Positions 1-9,478 of a stretch of DNA of 64,000 nucleotides are shown here, piece after piece; positions within the stretch are counted from its first letter, which is position 1; every line of letters starts with the position of its first letter. The position numbers and the translations under genes are program-made. This stretch comes from an uncultured Acidobacteriota bacterium (GTDB lineage: Bacteria > Acidobacteriota > Vicinamibacteria > Vicinamibacterales > CAVVIG01). The notes under the pieces were generated by a model. It was not told where the DNA came from and did no database searches. It saw only the letters and a list, made by a program, of their open reading frames with translations. Location: assembly GCA_963757655.1 (NCBI GenBank), contig CAVWSQ010000001.1, positions 1,520,961 to 1,584,960 of the forward strand, in the 5' to 3' direction.

Positions 1-1466
1 GCCATCCTGCCGATCACGAGCGGCGTCAGCCGCCGTCGCTTCAACGGGTACCAATACGGTCCGATCGACCAACTGGCGCCGCTCTTTTCCGCCAACGGCG
101 TGATCCGGAAATGTTCCCAGCCGTTGACGATGGCGTGACAGGCGGCGCCGCTCTTGCGGGCAGCGTGCAGCACCTCGAAGGTCATGCGTTCGAGACCTCC
201 TGCAATCACCATCTGGCCGCAGCAGGCGACGATGCGGCAGGAGGCCGACTTCCAGTCGGGCTCCGGTCCGGGGGAGCGCGGCATCACCGATCGGGCGGCG
301 CGCACCACGCCAGCGGTCATCGAGTCGAAGCTGTAGGCCGCAATGAGCGCACGGCACGCCGGCCCCCAATCGTGTCCTTCGGCCTTACGATGGCGTACTT
401 TCGCGAGCGTCATCGCCAGCGCCTCGATGTCGTCCAGCGGATAGACGTAGCCGGTCTCGCCGTCGCGAATCAGATCGGGCGCGCAGCCGACGGCGTTGCT
501 GACCACGCATGGCAGCCCTGTCGCCAGCGCCTCATTGACGACCAGGCCCCAGGTTTCCGGAAAGTCACTGGGCAGCGTCAGGCAGTCTGCGAGCGCATAG
601 GGTTCGCCGAGCTGACTCTGATTGAGGAAGCCGACCATCTTCAGCGACACGCCGAGCCGCGCCGACTCCTCGCGCACTGCGCGCTCGAGCGGACCCGAGC
701 CGACGACCAGAAGGGTTGAGCCCGGCGCCAGCCGCGCCAGCGCGCGAACCACGTTCACCGGCCGCTTGGAGGCGATCAGCTTGCCGACAAACAAGGCCAC
801 GAACGCGCCGGGGTCGATGCCCCAGCGTCGACGCGCGGCGACACGAACGTCCCGCCGCTGGTAGGGCGCCGCCGCCGTCGCGAACGCGTCATTGTCTATG
901 GCGTGCGGCACCTTGAACACCCGGTAGTCGGGCGCGCCGTACCAGCGCAGGTAGTCGCTGACACGGACCCCAGGCGACAGGAACCCGTCGAACTGGCGCA
1001 GCAGGAAATGCGTCTTGAGGGCCCAGATCGAGCGTTTCCATCCCCGCGGACCGCTGAGGAGGTGCGAGTCGCCGCGATACAGCGTCGGCACGCCCATCCG
1101 GCGGCAGGCGTACAGCGCGCGGACCAGGGTCACCGAATACCAGCCGGTGATCATCACCACATCCGGAGAGGTGTCGGCGATCGCGCGGCCGATCTGCGGG
1201 ACGTCCAACCCGGTGAACGAGCCGCTGTCGATCCGATCGTGCTGGTTGGACGGCCGTACGACGATCGATCGATAGCCGTCGGTCAGCGGAACGTCCCATT
1301 CGAACGCGTGATCGAAACCGACGCCCTGCTGTGCCGGCGTCGGCTCGGTCGCGTGCACGACCGTCAGCGCCAGTTCGGGCGCGGACGCCTGGATGCGCCG
1401 GAACCAGGGCGCGTAGTACTGAATCGGATGCGTGAGCACGGCGGTGAGCCGAATCGGCGTAGTCAT
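1..1466 (-). CDS. Glycosyltransferase, GT-B fold (GT4-like), 3' end beyond window start; two GT-like modules in one open frame
   Basis: Not in the ORF track because there is no stop inside the window. My own translation of the minus strand from ATG 1466 reads MTTPIRLTAVLTHPIQYYAPWF...DVVMITGWYS...LFVGKLIASKRP...FPETWGLVVNEALATGLPCVVS. The frame stays open to nt 1. From about nt 240 downward it reads a second GT-type N-terminus (RIVACCGQMVIAGGLERMTFEVL). ATGA overlap with the upstream stop (1463-1466). Confidence 0.75.
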   Translation of the reverse strand, partial: MTTPIRLTAVLTHPIQYYAPWFRRIQASAPELALTVVHATEPTPAQQGVGFDHAFEWDVPLTDGYRSIVVRPSNQHDRIDSGSFTGLDVPQIGRAIADTSPDVVMITGWYSVTLVRALYACRRMGVPTLYRGDSHLLSGPRGWKRSIWALKTHFLLRQFDGFLSPGVRVSDYLRWYGAPDYRVFKVPHAIDNDAFATAAAPYQRRDVRVAARRRWGIDPGAFVALFVGKLIASKRPVNVVRALARLAPGSTLLVVGSGPLERAVREESARLGVSLKMVGFLNQSQLGEPYALADCLTLPSDFPETWGLVVNEALATGLPCVVSNAVGCAPDLIRDGETGYVYPLDDIEALAMTLAKVRHRKAEGHDWGPACRALIAAYSFDSMTAGVVRAARSVMPRSPGPEPDWKSASCRIVACCGQMVIAGGLERMTFEVLHAARKSGAACHAIVNGWEHFRITPLAEKSGASWSIGPYWYPLKRRRLTPLVIGRM

Positions 1467-2767
1467 ACCGCGACCCGATCGAAAACGACCGCCAGTTGAT
1501 GGGCAAGGTGGCGTGCCGACACGTCGGCGACGCGCGCGAGATGGACGTCTCGCTCGTCGTAGGCTGCCGCCGCTGCCAGCGCGCGCAGACCGCAGGCAAC
1601 GTCGTCCACCCGTTGGTCGCCTGCATCGCCGTCGCCGTACGTCAATACGCGGACCGTCGGTTCCGTCGCGGCGGCCCGCAGGATCGAGACGACGCTGCTC
1701 GCCTCGTGAAAGAGCGCAAGAATCGGCCGCTTGGCCAGGAGCGCAGGAAACAGCTTGCTGGCGGTGTAGTGACGCTCCGAACTGCCGAGCAGCAGGATCG
1801 CAGAGGCGTCGACCAGAGCGCCCAGCGCATCCAGATAGTCGATCCGGCCCGGCACTTCGGTGACGACATCGGCGACGCTGTATTCGCGCGCGATCGGCAA
1901 CACGCGCTGCAGCGTCGACTCGGACTGATTGCTGGTCCCGAAAAAGTGCAGGCGCAGCCGCGTCGCGCTCGCGTCTGCTGCGCGCGCGCGCGCGAGCCCG
2001 CGCAGCAGCAGGCGCAGCGTAGTGATGCCCTTGGGAAGAAGCGTGCCCACGTAACACAGGTGGACGAGGCCGTCGTTGGCCGGGACGCGGCGTTCGCTCT
2101 GGGGTCGGTGGCGGAGCGCCGCGAAATCGGCCGCCTCGAATCCAAGCGGGATGACGCTGTGCGGCAGCCGCGCCGCCGCTGGAATGCGTTCGACGATGCC
2201 GTCGATCGTACCTTGCGAGACAGCCACGATGGCGTCCGCCGCGTTGACCGCCCTGGGTTCGAGCCACCTGCCGAGCCGCCGCGATGCCCGGCTCTTCCGG
2301 TCTGGCGTGCCGTCCGGACCGCCGCCCACTGACTCGCCCCACGCACCCACCCAGGGATCCTGGTAGTCGAGCACGAACGGCACGCGGAACGTCGACTTCA
2401 GTCCCGCGCCGAGGAGCGCGGGATACACCGGATACACGGTGATGAACAATGCGTCGAAGCGCTCGGCCGACAGCAGCGCGCGGCAGGTACGGCGCAGACC
2501 GCTCATGGCGCGCAGGCCCAGATCGCCCAGGCCGACGCGGCGCGTCGCCGCGGCACGCCACGCCGGCGCACGTACCACGCGCAGCGAAGGCGGCACCAGC
2601 CCCTCGAGGGCGGGGTCGAGGCGCCCCTCATACGCCGAACGCTCGAGCGTGACCACGGTGGGCGACCATCCTGCTTCTTCCAGATACGGTGCGAGCAGGC
2701 GCACACGATGCGACGCCGCGCTCGAATCGGGCGGAAAATGCGGGCTCACCATCAGCACCCGTCGCAT
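1463..2767 (-). CDS. Glycosyltransferase family 4-like
   Basis: ORF 1463..3064 trimmed to internal Met100, giving MRRVLMVSPHFPPDSSAASHRVRLLAPYLEEAGW, a typical GT4 N-terminus. The 99 upstream codons are Arg-rich read-through overlapping the next gene. The C-terminal half shows a GT-B pattern (LHFFGTS...LLLGSSERHYTASKLFPALLAKRPILAL). Confidence 0.8.
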   Translation of the reverse strand: MRRVLMVSPHFPPDSSAASHRVRLLAPYLEEAGWSPTVVTLERSAYEGRLDPALEGLVPPSLRVVRAPAWRAAATRRVGLGDLGLRAMSGLRRTCRALLSAERFDALFITVYPVYPALLGAGLKSTFRVPFVLDYQDPWVGAWGESVGGGPDGTPDRKSRASRRLGRWLEPRAVNAADAIVAVSQGTIDGIVERIPAAARLPHSVIPLGFEAADFAALRHRPQSERRVPANDGLVHLCYVGTLLPKGITTLRLLLRGLARARAADASATRLRLHFFGTSNQSESTLQRVLPIAREYSVADVVTEVPGRIDYLDALGALVDASAILLLGSSERHYTASKLFPALLAKRPILALFHEASSVVSILRAAATEPTVRVLTYGDGDAGDQRVDDVACGLRALAAAAAYDERDVHLARVADVSARHLAHQLAVVFDRVAV

Positions 2768-2769
2768 CG

Positions 2770-3834
2770 CTAGGTCGCCGCCTCGACGCTGACATCGGGA
2801 GCGGCCGAAAGGTGGCGATACAACCGCTCGTATTCGCCGGCAACGGCGCTGTCCGAGAAGCGCCGTTCGGCGTCTGCACGCACGGCCGCGCGATCCAGTT
2901 CTGGCAGCCGCGACACCAGCGCCGCCATCTCGTCGACGGTGTCGCACAGAAAGCCGGTGCGGCCATGATCGATCCCTTCGGGCACGCCGCCGCGCCGGAA
3001 TGCAATCAACGGCGTACCGCACAGCATCGACTCGGGCAGGACGACCGGAAAGGGCTCTTCCCATTCGATCGGCAGCAGCATCGCCGCGGCGCCGCCGAGG
3101 AGGGTCTGCTTGGCGGCGTCGCCCACCGGTCCGATGTAGCTCACGAGATCGCCGTCGATGTGCGGTTTGATCGCGGCGTCGAAGTAGGCCTGCTCATGGG
3201 CGAGCGGCGAGATATTGCCGGCGACGATCAAGCGGCGCCGCAGCCGCTGCGCCACCGCGATGGCGTGATGGACCCCTTTGCAGCGATCGAGTCGGCCGAG
3301 AAACACCAGTGGCGCCGTGGCTGGATCGGTTCCCCCCGCGAACACGTAGCGTTCCGGCACCGCGCAGTTGTAAATCACCGACCAGTCCCCGCCGCCGGGT
3401 CGTCCGGTATCTCGAATCGCGGCGCTGACAGCGGTGTAATGCAGACGTCTGGCGCCCAGCCGCCGGGCCGTCGCCATGTTGTTGGGGTCGACCGTCCGCA
3501 TGTAGGTCTGCACCTTGGGCACGTCGCGCGCCAACACCGGCATGAGATACGCGAGGCGGCCGAAGTTGTGAATGACGTCGAAGCGTCGCGGCCCGCGCAG
3601 AAACCGGCCCGCGAGCGTCATGGTGTTGCGGATGTTGCTCCAGCGCGTCCACTCCCCCTCCCGGCCGAACGGCTCGACCGTGCCGTTGATCTGGGAACCA
3701 GGCGCCGCCCACAACGTGACATCGTGGCCGAACCAGGTGAGCCGATCGGCCAGATCGGCAACCACCCGCTCGATGCCGCCATAGTGATCGGGCGGAACCT
3801 TGATGAAGGGGTCCATCAACAGCAGAATTCTCAC
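2770..3834 (-). CDS. Glycosyltransferase family 4-like
   Basis: 354-aa ORF: MRILLLMDPFIKVPPDHYGGIERVVADLADRL...EPFPVVLPESMLCGTPLIAFRRGGVPEGI (E-x7-E-type region). GTG start overlapping the upstream stop (GTGA, 3831-3834). Confidence 0.85.
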   Translation of the reverse strand: MRILLLMDPFIKVPPDHYGGIERVVADLADRLTWFGHDVTLWAAPGSQINGTVEPFGREGEWTRWSNIRNTMTLAGRFLRGPRRFDVIHNFGRLAYLMPVLARDVPKVQTYMRTVDPNNMATARRLGARRLHYTAVSAAIRDTGRPGGGDWSVIYNCAVPERYVFAGGTDPATAPLVFLGRLDRCKGVHHAIAVAQRLRRRLIVAGNISPLAHEQAYFDAAIKPHIDGDLVSYIGPVGDAAKQTLLGGAAAMLLPIEWEEPFPVVLPESMLCGTPLIAFRRGGVPEGIDHGRTGFLCDTVDEMAALVSRLPELDRAAVRADAERRFSDSAVAGEYERLYRHLSAAPDVSVEAAT

Positions 3835-5084
3835 GCCAGCGCCTCATCGACGAGCGCCAGGAGGCGTCCGCGCTCCAACTCGTGCTCCCAGTGCCACCGT
3901 CGCGTTGCGGCGGTCCAGGCCGTCCGCTTCGCGCAATCGAGCTCCGCCGGATCGCCGGCCCATCGCGCAAACGCGGCCGCGAGAGCGTCGACGTCTCCGG
4001 GCCGCACCAATGCGGCGGCGCGGCCCAGGTCAATCCCCAGGGCGTGCTGCCCTGGCGTGTCGGTGACGGCGACCGCCACGCCGGCGAGGATGTAGGTGAA
4101 CGCCTTGTTGGTCAGGCAAATCTGCCGGTTGGTTGGCGTCATTTGCTCGAGCGCCAGCCCCACGTCGTAGCCGCGCGCGCAATCCACCATCGCATCGGGA
4201 GGCGCGGGCGGCAGATGGACCAGCTCCGTGCGAGGCGCCCGCGATGCTGCCAGCGACCTGAGCGCCTCGAAGTAGCCAGGCTGGGCGCGGCCCCGCAGCG
4301 CCAGGTGGGCGGAGACGCTGGCGCGCCCGAGCGCGAGAATCGCGTCCTCGAGCCCGCGGCCCGGTCCGATGGTCTGGCTGAACCAGTACACCCGCAGCCG
4401 CGCGGGATCGACGCGCCCGACATCCGGAAGCCGCACTGGAAGGGGAAAGGTGTTGGTGATGACGGTTGGGCTGATTCCGTCACGCGTTCGATAGGCTGAC
4501 GCGATCGCCTCACTCGAGGTGGTCACGAATGCCGCGCCGCTCATCACCGCGCCTTCCACGCGAGCCGAGAGGGAATCGACCAGCGGCGCCTCTGCACCGG
4601 ATGTTTCCCCGCTGTGAAAATCCTCGAGGTCGATACCGTAGGGCGTCCGCGATCGCCGCGCCCCTTCGGCGATCGCCGCCAGCGCCCCGGTCGTGCCGCC
4701 GTAGATGAGATCGCCGGGGTTATCGACGATGGCGCGCACGAGCTCGGTGTGGACGCGGCCGAAGCCACGCGCCACCAGCGGCAGCGGAAGATGCGCGGCG
4801 CCGACGGTCCGGGCCACGGCCCGCGCGGCACGAAAACGGGCGCCGGTCCACCAGTAGGTTGCGCCGGACGCGCCGCGACGGTAGTCGATGATGTCGGCCT
4901 GCCAGGCGCGCCTCAACGCCACGTCACGGTCGGTCTCGACTGCCCATGGTTCGTGGCGGGTGGCGATCACCCGCACGTCGTAACCGTCGGCCGCCAGCGC
5001 GTCAGCGCTCTTCAACATCCGTGGACAGGTGGACAAATGGCCAGAGGTGACAACCGTAACGCGCGCGCGGCGCTGTGCACTCAC
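3831..5084 (-). CDS. GT-B fold glycosyltransferase-like protein
   Basis: 417-aa ORF: VTVVTSGHLSTCPRMLKSADALAADGYDVRVIA...CLTNKAFTYILAGVAVAVTDTPGQ. Two-Rossmann-domain appearance. GTGA overlap at 5081-5084. Confidence 0.7.
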   Translation of the reverse strand: MSAQRRARVTVVTSGHLSTCPRMLKSADALAADGYDVRVIATRHEPWAVETDRDVALRRAWQADIIDYRRGASGATYWWTGARFRAARAVARTVGAAHLPLPLVARGFGRVHTELVRAIVDNPGDLIYGGTTGALAAIAEGARRSRTPYGIDLEDFHSGETSGAEAPLVDSLSARVEGAVMSGAAFVTTSSEAIASAYRTRDGISPTVITNTFPLPVRLPDVGRVDPARLRVYWFSQTIGPGRGLEDAILALGRASVSAHLALRGRAQPGYFEALRSLAASRAPRTELVHLPPAPPDAMVDCARGYDVGLALEQMTPTNRQICLTNKAFTYILAGVAVAVTDTPGQHALGIDLGRAAALVRPGDVDALAAAFARWAGDPAELDCAKRTAWTAATRRWHWEHELERGRLLALVDEALA

Positions 5085-6406
5085 GCCGCGTACATCGTCA
5101 GGTAATCGCGCGCGATGTCGTCCATGCTCCGCACTGGCTTGAGGCCGCGGCGCCAGACGTCGATCGTGGTTTCAGGGCTGGTGGCCGCTTCGAGCATCGC
5201 CGCCGAGAGTTCCCCAACGCTGCCGGCCTCGACCAGCCGGCCGTTGACGCCGTCCTGGATCAGCTCTGCCTGGTTGCCGACCCTGGTGGCGATGATCGGA
5301 GTGCCGACAGCCATCGCCTCGAGCGCGACGGTTGGCCCGTTTTCAAACCAGAGTGAAGGCGACAGCAGCACGTCGAGCTCGGTCAGTACCGCTGGGATGG
5401 CGTCCGAGATCACCGCCGGCTCGAACCGGATACGGGTATCGCCGCCCGCCAGGCGGCGCAGCTCGACCTCAATCGCGCGCGCACCCGCGTCCAGCACCGG
5501 CGCGCGGATGTCGACTCGGAAATCGATGTCGCGCGCGATGGCCCGCGCGGCGCGCACGATCTCTACGACCCCCTTGGCCGAGTGCAGGCGTCCAGCGAAA
5601 CCAAAGCGCACGGGCCTGGTCGTCGGTCGCTGGTCTGGTCCGGGTTTGCGCCTGATTCCGACCTGGCTCAAGCCGAGGCGGTTGATCGCGAGTTTCTCAG
5701 CCGGCGAGCCGTCGGCGACGAGCATGCGGTAGGCCGTGTCGTTGAGCACGACGAAACGCTCGACGACCTGGAACAGCTCTCGTTGCATCCTCTGATACTC
5801 GACCACCAATGCGCTCATGCCGAGAACCGTTCCGACCTTGCCCGGAAGGATGCGCAGCGCGCTGCCGATCGCCGGCGGAATCGCGCCGGCGAGCCGCGAT
5901 GCCGCCGGGGAAACGCCGACGTGCGTCAGGCTGCACGCGGCGCATTTGGCCGGCCAGACGACGCCATCGCACGGATGCTCGCCGCCCTCCATCAACTCGC
6001 CTGTCCGGCACAGGTAGCCGAGACTTGGCAAATGGCAGGTGGCGATGATTCGGATGCCGAGACGGCGCGCTTCCCGGAATTCAGGAAGGCCGACACCAGT
6101 CTTGACGCTGTGGACGTGCAGAATGTCCGGCCGTTGGTCGGCAAGCCATCGGAACAGGTGTGCGGTGCCCGGCATCGCCACCCGGTGATAGGCCTCGTCG
6201 CGCGTCGGTCGATCGGTGATGGGATAGCGGAACACTGGTACGCCGTGATAGTCGTACGCCGCTGGCGACGTCCGCTTCGAATCTGGCGCGGCGATCAGCA
6301 CCTGATGTCCCGCCTCCTGCAGCCGCCGGCACAGCCCTTCGACGTACACTTCCGTGCCGCCGACGCTGTCGGGAAAGTACCAGCCGAGCAGGTGCACGAT
6401 CTTCAT
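5081..6406 (-). CDS. Glycosyltransferase family 4-like
   Basis: ORF 5081..6574 trimmed to Met57: MKIVHLLGWYFPDSVGGTEVYVEGLCRRLQEAGHQVLIAAPD. C-terminal part reads ...LLSPSLWFENGPTVALEAMAVGTPIIATRVGNQAELI. ATGA overlap 6403-6406. Confidence 0.85.
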   Translation of the reverse strand: MKIVHLLGWYFPDSVGGTEVYVEGLCRRLQEAGHQVLIAAPDSKRTSPAAYDYHGVPVFRYPITDRPTRDEAYHRVAMPGTAHLFRWLADQRPDILHVHSVKTGVGLPEFREARRLGIRIIATCHLPSLGYLCRTGELMEGGEHPCDGVVWPAKCAACSLTHVGVSPAASRLAGAIPPAIGSALRILPGKVGTVLGMSALVVEYQRMQRELFQVVERFVVLNDTAYRMLVADGSPAEKLAINRLGLSQVGIRRKPGPDQRPTTRPVRFGFAGRLHSAKGVVEIVRAARAIARDIDFRVDIRAPVLDAGARAIEVELRRLAGGDTRIRFEPAVISDAIPAVLTELDVLLSPSLWFENGPTVALEAMAVGTPIIATRVGNQAELIQDGVNGRLVEAGSVGELSAAMLEAATSPETTIDVWRRGLKPVRSMDDIARDYLTMYAA

Positions 6407-7533
6407 GCGCGGGCCGCCGCGGCGTCGCTTACGAGCGCATAGATCGCTTCGAGCCGCAGCGCCACCTGGGCGATGTCGTGGTGGGCGATGACGTGGGCGG
6501 AGCTCGATGCCGTCTTCTGCTGCAGCGCGGCAACCAGTGCTCCGCCGAGGGCGGCGACGTCGTGCTCCTCGCACAGCCAGACGCCAGGGCCGGCCGGCAC
6601 GACGTGCGGGATGTCGGCGTGTCTCGTCGTCACGATCGGCGTACCGATGGCTTGTGCCTCGAGCAGGATGGTGGGCGCGCCGCCTTCCGAATCGCCGTCG
6701 GCCGCGGTCACGCTCGGATGAATGAAGGCCGCGGCCGTGGCCAGCCGCCTGATGACGTCGTCATGCGGCCGCATTCCGACGAATTCGACCGCGGTGTCGA
6801 GGCCCAACTGCGAGGTCAACGCACGCGCCTCGTCTTCCGCAGCGCCGCCCCCGACAATCGCCAGGCGCGCTGCCGGCAGGCTGGCGCGAGCCTGCCCGAA
6901 CGCCGCAATCGCGTCGAGGAGACCCTTCTTCTCGACGAAGCGGCCGACAAACAGCACCGTTACGTCGCCGTCCGGCGACCAGCGTGGATACTTCTTCAGG
7001 TCGAGAGCGATGGGGTGAATGAGGGTGCGGTCCGGTGCAGCCCCCGCGGCAATGACCTTCGCGCGCATCTCCGGGCCCTCGGCAAGGAAGAAGTCACCGT
7101 CACGAAACAGGCGGGCGTAGCGATCGCGCCACTGCGGCAGGTAGGGCAGGACGGCCGCGTCGACCCCGTAGAGGCTCGTCACCAACGGCAGCCCCAGCGC
7201 CTTGGTGATTGCCACCATCTCGCAGCCGATCGGCCCGAAGTGCGCGTGCACGACTGCAGGCCTGATTCGCGCCAGCGCCGCTTCGACCCCGCGCCGCCAC
7301 GGCGAGCGCCCGGTCGCACGTTCGATCGACGCCGCCAGCCACCACTCCGCACTCAGCCTCGTCGCTGGCTGCGCCTGGACGTGGATTCGTGGAAACGGAA
7401 ATTCGGCGGCATTTTCGACACCGTGGCAGAGCACCGACGCCTCGAACCGCTGATGGCCCGCCACGATGGTGTAGACAAACGTCTCGCTGCGGGTGAGGAA
7501 GCGATCGACAGCGTGAACAACGCGCGGCGTCAT
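6403..7533 (-). CDS. Glycosyltransferase family 4-like
   Basis: ORF 6403..7689 trimmed to Met53 (MTPRVVHAVDRFLTRSETFVY...). C-terminal part reads FIHPSVTAADGDSEGGAPTILLEAQAIGTPIVTTRHADIPHVV. ATGA overlap 7530-7533. Confidence 0.8.
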   Translation of the reverse strand: MTPRVVHAVDRFLTRSETFVYTIVAGHQRFEASVLCHGVENAAEFPFPRIHVQAQPATRLSAEWWLAASIERATGRSPWRRGVEAALARIRPAVVHAHFGPIGCEMVAITKALGLPLVTSLYGVDAAVLPYLPQWRDRYARLFRDGDFFLAEGPEMRAKVIAAGAAPDRTLIHPIALDLKKYPRWSPDGDVTVLFVGRFVEKKGLLDAIAAFGQARASLPAARLAIVGGGAAEDEARALTSQLGLDTAVEFVGMRPHDDVIRRLATAAAFIHPSVTAADGDSEGGAPTILLEAQAIGTPIVTTRHADIPHVVPAGPGVWLCEEHDVAALGGALVAALQQKTASSSAHVIAHHDIAQVALRLEAIYALVSDAAAARA

Positions 7534-8690
7534 GCGTCGTAGGCCGGCACCGCCACGACGCGGTTGGTGCGGTACGACTCGACGCCGGCGAGGCAGGCCA
7601 GCACAGTGCGGCCGGCTTCCTCGATCGAGCACAGCGGCTGCCGTCGGTCGCGAATCGCGCTGACGAAGTCTTGGATGGCGGCGACGCACGCGAGCGAATG
7701 CTCGTAGAGGCGAACCGGATAACCGGCGGCGCCGTACTCGGCATTGGGCCGGCGCGCGAGAATCCGCAACATCTCGACCGTCCGCGCCATGAGGTAGGGC
7801 GGTAGATTGGTGCGCAGCTGGCGATACAGGCTCTGGCCGCCGCTCTTCCCCGGTCCCTTCAACAACGCCCGCTGCACGATCATCGGCCGGTGCAGCACTT
7901 CGCCGAGACGGTCGTCGTTGCGGTAGAGCAGGTTGCCGCGCACGGAGGCTTTGCGGCCGGACACCCGCACGGTGTGATCCTGCGGTCCGGGCTCACCAAA
8001 AGCGACGACGACCTTGCCGACGGCGCCAGACGCGAACCGGAGCGTCACCAGGTTGAGGTCCGATTCCGGATACTCCGGAAAGGCGCGATGCCCAGCGGCG
8101 GCAAACACTTCGACAATCTCCTCGCCGGCGAACCAGCGCAGCAGGTCGACGAAGTGGCAGCCGGAATAGACGAGCGGCGTCGCATTCTGCTCCTCGCGCC
8201 AGCGATCGTTGGCGAAGGCACGCTCCCTCAGGTCGTGCACGTAGTAACCCTCGAGGTACGAGAGGGCTCCCAGGCTCCCCGCCTCGATCAGCGCCTTGAT
8301 CCGGCGGTGCAGCGGAACGAAGCGCATCTGGTGGACAACGGCTACGGTCTGCGCCGTCGCCGCCGCGGCGGCGACGCGTATGGCGCGCAGACCCTCGATC
8401 GAATCGGTCAGCGGTTTTTCCACCAGCACGTGCAGGCCGCGGTCGAGTGCGGTCACGATGTATCGGGCGTGGCTGCCGTCCGGGGTGCAGATCACGACCG
8501 CGTCGAGATCGGGCCAGAAGCGCTCTTCGTCGGCGCACAAGATGTCGCCCGCTCCGCGCCCGGCCGCCCGGATCGCGGCCGCGGGCTTGGGATCAAAAAT
8601 CTTCGTCACGCGGCAGCCGGCGACACACGAGAAATAGAAATGGTGCGCCTGGCCCGCACCCCCGAAGCCGATGATCCCGACACGCAGCAT
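7530..8690 (-). CDS. Gfo/Idh/MocA family NAD(P)-dependent sugar oxidoreductase (WbpB-like role plausible)
   Basis: 386 aa. N-terminal Rossmann motif MLRVGIIGFGGAGQAHHFYF, followed by ...VVICTPDGSHARYIVTALDRGLHVLVEKPL, typical of this family. Confidence 0.85.
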   Translation of the reverse strand: MLRVGIIGFGGAGQAHHFYFSCVAGCRVTKIFDPKPAAAIRAAGRGAGDILCADEERFWPDLDAVVICTPDGSHARYIVTALDRGLHVLVEKPLTDSIEGLRAIRVAAAAATAQTVAVVHQMRFVPLHRRIKALIEAGSLGALSYLEGYYVHDLRERAFANDRWREEQNATPLVYSGCHFVDLLRWFAGEEIVEVFAAAGHRAFPEYPESDLNLVTLRFASGAVGKVVVAFGEPGPQDHTVRVSGRKASVRGNLLYRNDDRLGEVLHRPMIVQRALLKGPGKSGGQSLYRQLRTNLPPYLMARTVEMLRILARRPNAEYGAAGYPVRLYEHSLACVAAIQDFVSAIRDRRQPLCSIEEAGRTVLACLAGVESYRTNRVVAVPAYDA

Positions 8691-9478
8691 CAGGTGTGTC
8701 GCAGCGTTAGTAGACTCATGCGCGAATCGATGCCGGCCGATGCCGGCTGCGGCACGCGCATGCCCAGCGCCGCTCGATCCATCGCATACAGCGCTCGCGG
8801 TCCCAACCGCGTCAGCCCGTAGCGCACATACTTGTTGGCGGGCCCACCCGAGGGTAGCCAGTAGTACATCGGCCGCCGGTCGGCGACGCGTAGACTCAGT
8901 GAGTTGATCGCCGCATTCCAGAACTGCCGACTGCGATAGCGCAGATAGTCGGATCGCTGCTCTGTTCGTTCGGGCAGCGCCGCCGTGACCAGCAGCGCGC
9001 CACCTGGAGCCATCAGTCGCGCCAGGTTGGCCAGCGCACGAACCATCGCGCTGTCGTCTTGAATCAGATGCAGGACCTCCATGCTCTGGACGACGTCGAA
9101 TGTCCGGCCGTCCTGGTCATCATCGGCCGGCGCGGCGAGGTCCCCGACCCGAAATTCGGCGTCGGGAATCGTCCGCTGCAGAAAGGCCACCGCCCGGTCG
9201 GAAATGTCGAGCCCGACATACGAGGCCAGTGGAAATTCTGCGCGGTAAAAGCGCGCAAAGTGGCCCTGCCCGCAGCCGCCGTCGAGCACCGACCAGCGCC
9301 GATCGGCGGTCAGGCCGAGCCTGCGGAGAGCCTTGCGAAGCGCCGCCTGTTTGCAGGCATAGATGTATTCGTTGAGGCCTTCACCCGCACCAGCCCAGCC
9401 CGACTCCGACAGGGTGAACCGTTCGTAACGGCGGTTCCAGAATTCCCGGAGCCGTACCGCGTCAGTGTTCTTCGTCAC
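8690..9478 (-). CDS. Class I SAM-dependent methyltransferase
   Basis: ORF 8690..9643 trimmed to an internal GTG that forms a GTGA overlap with the upstream stop (9475-9478). Motif I VLDGGCGQGHFARFY; post-I LDISDRAV; FDVVQSMEVLHL. Confidence 0.75.
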   Translation of the reverse strand: MTKNTDAVRLREFWNRRYERFTLSESGWAGAGEGLNEYIYACKQAALRKALRRLGLTADRRWSVLDGGCGQGHFARFYRAEFPLASYVGLDISDRAVAFLQRTIPDAEFRVGDLAAPADDDQDGRTFDVVQSMEVLHLIQDDSAMVRALANLARLMAPGGALLVTAALPERTEQRSDYLRYRSRQFWNAAINSLSLRVADRRPMYYWLPSGGPANKYVRYGLTRLGPRALYAMDRAALGMRVPQPASAGIDSRMSLLTLRHT

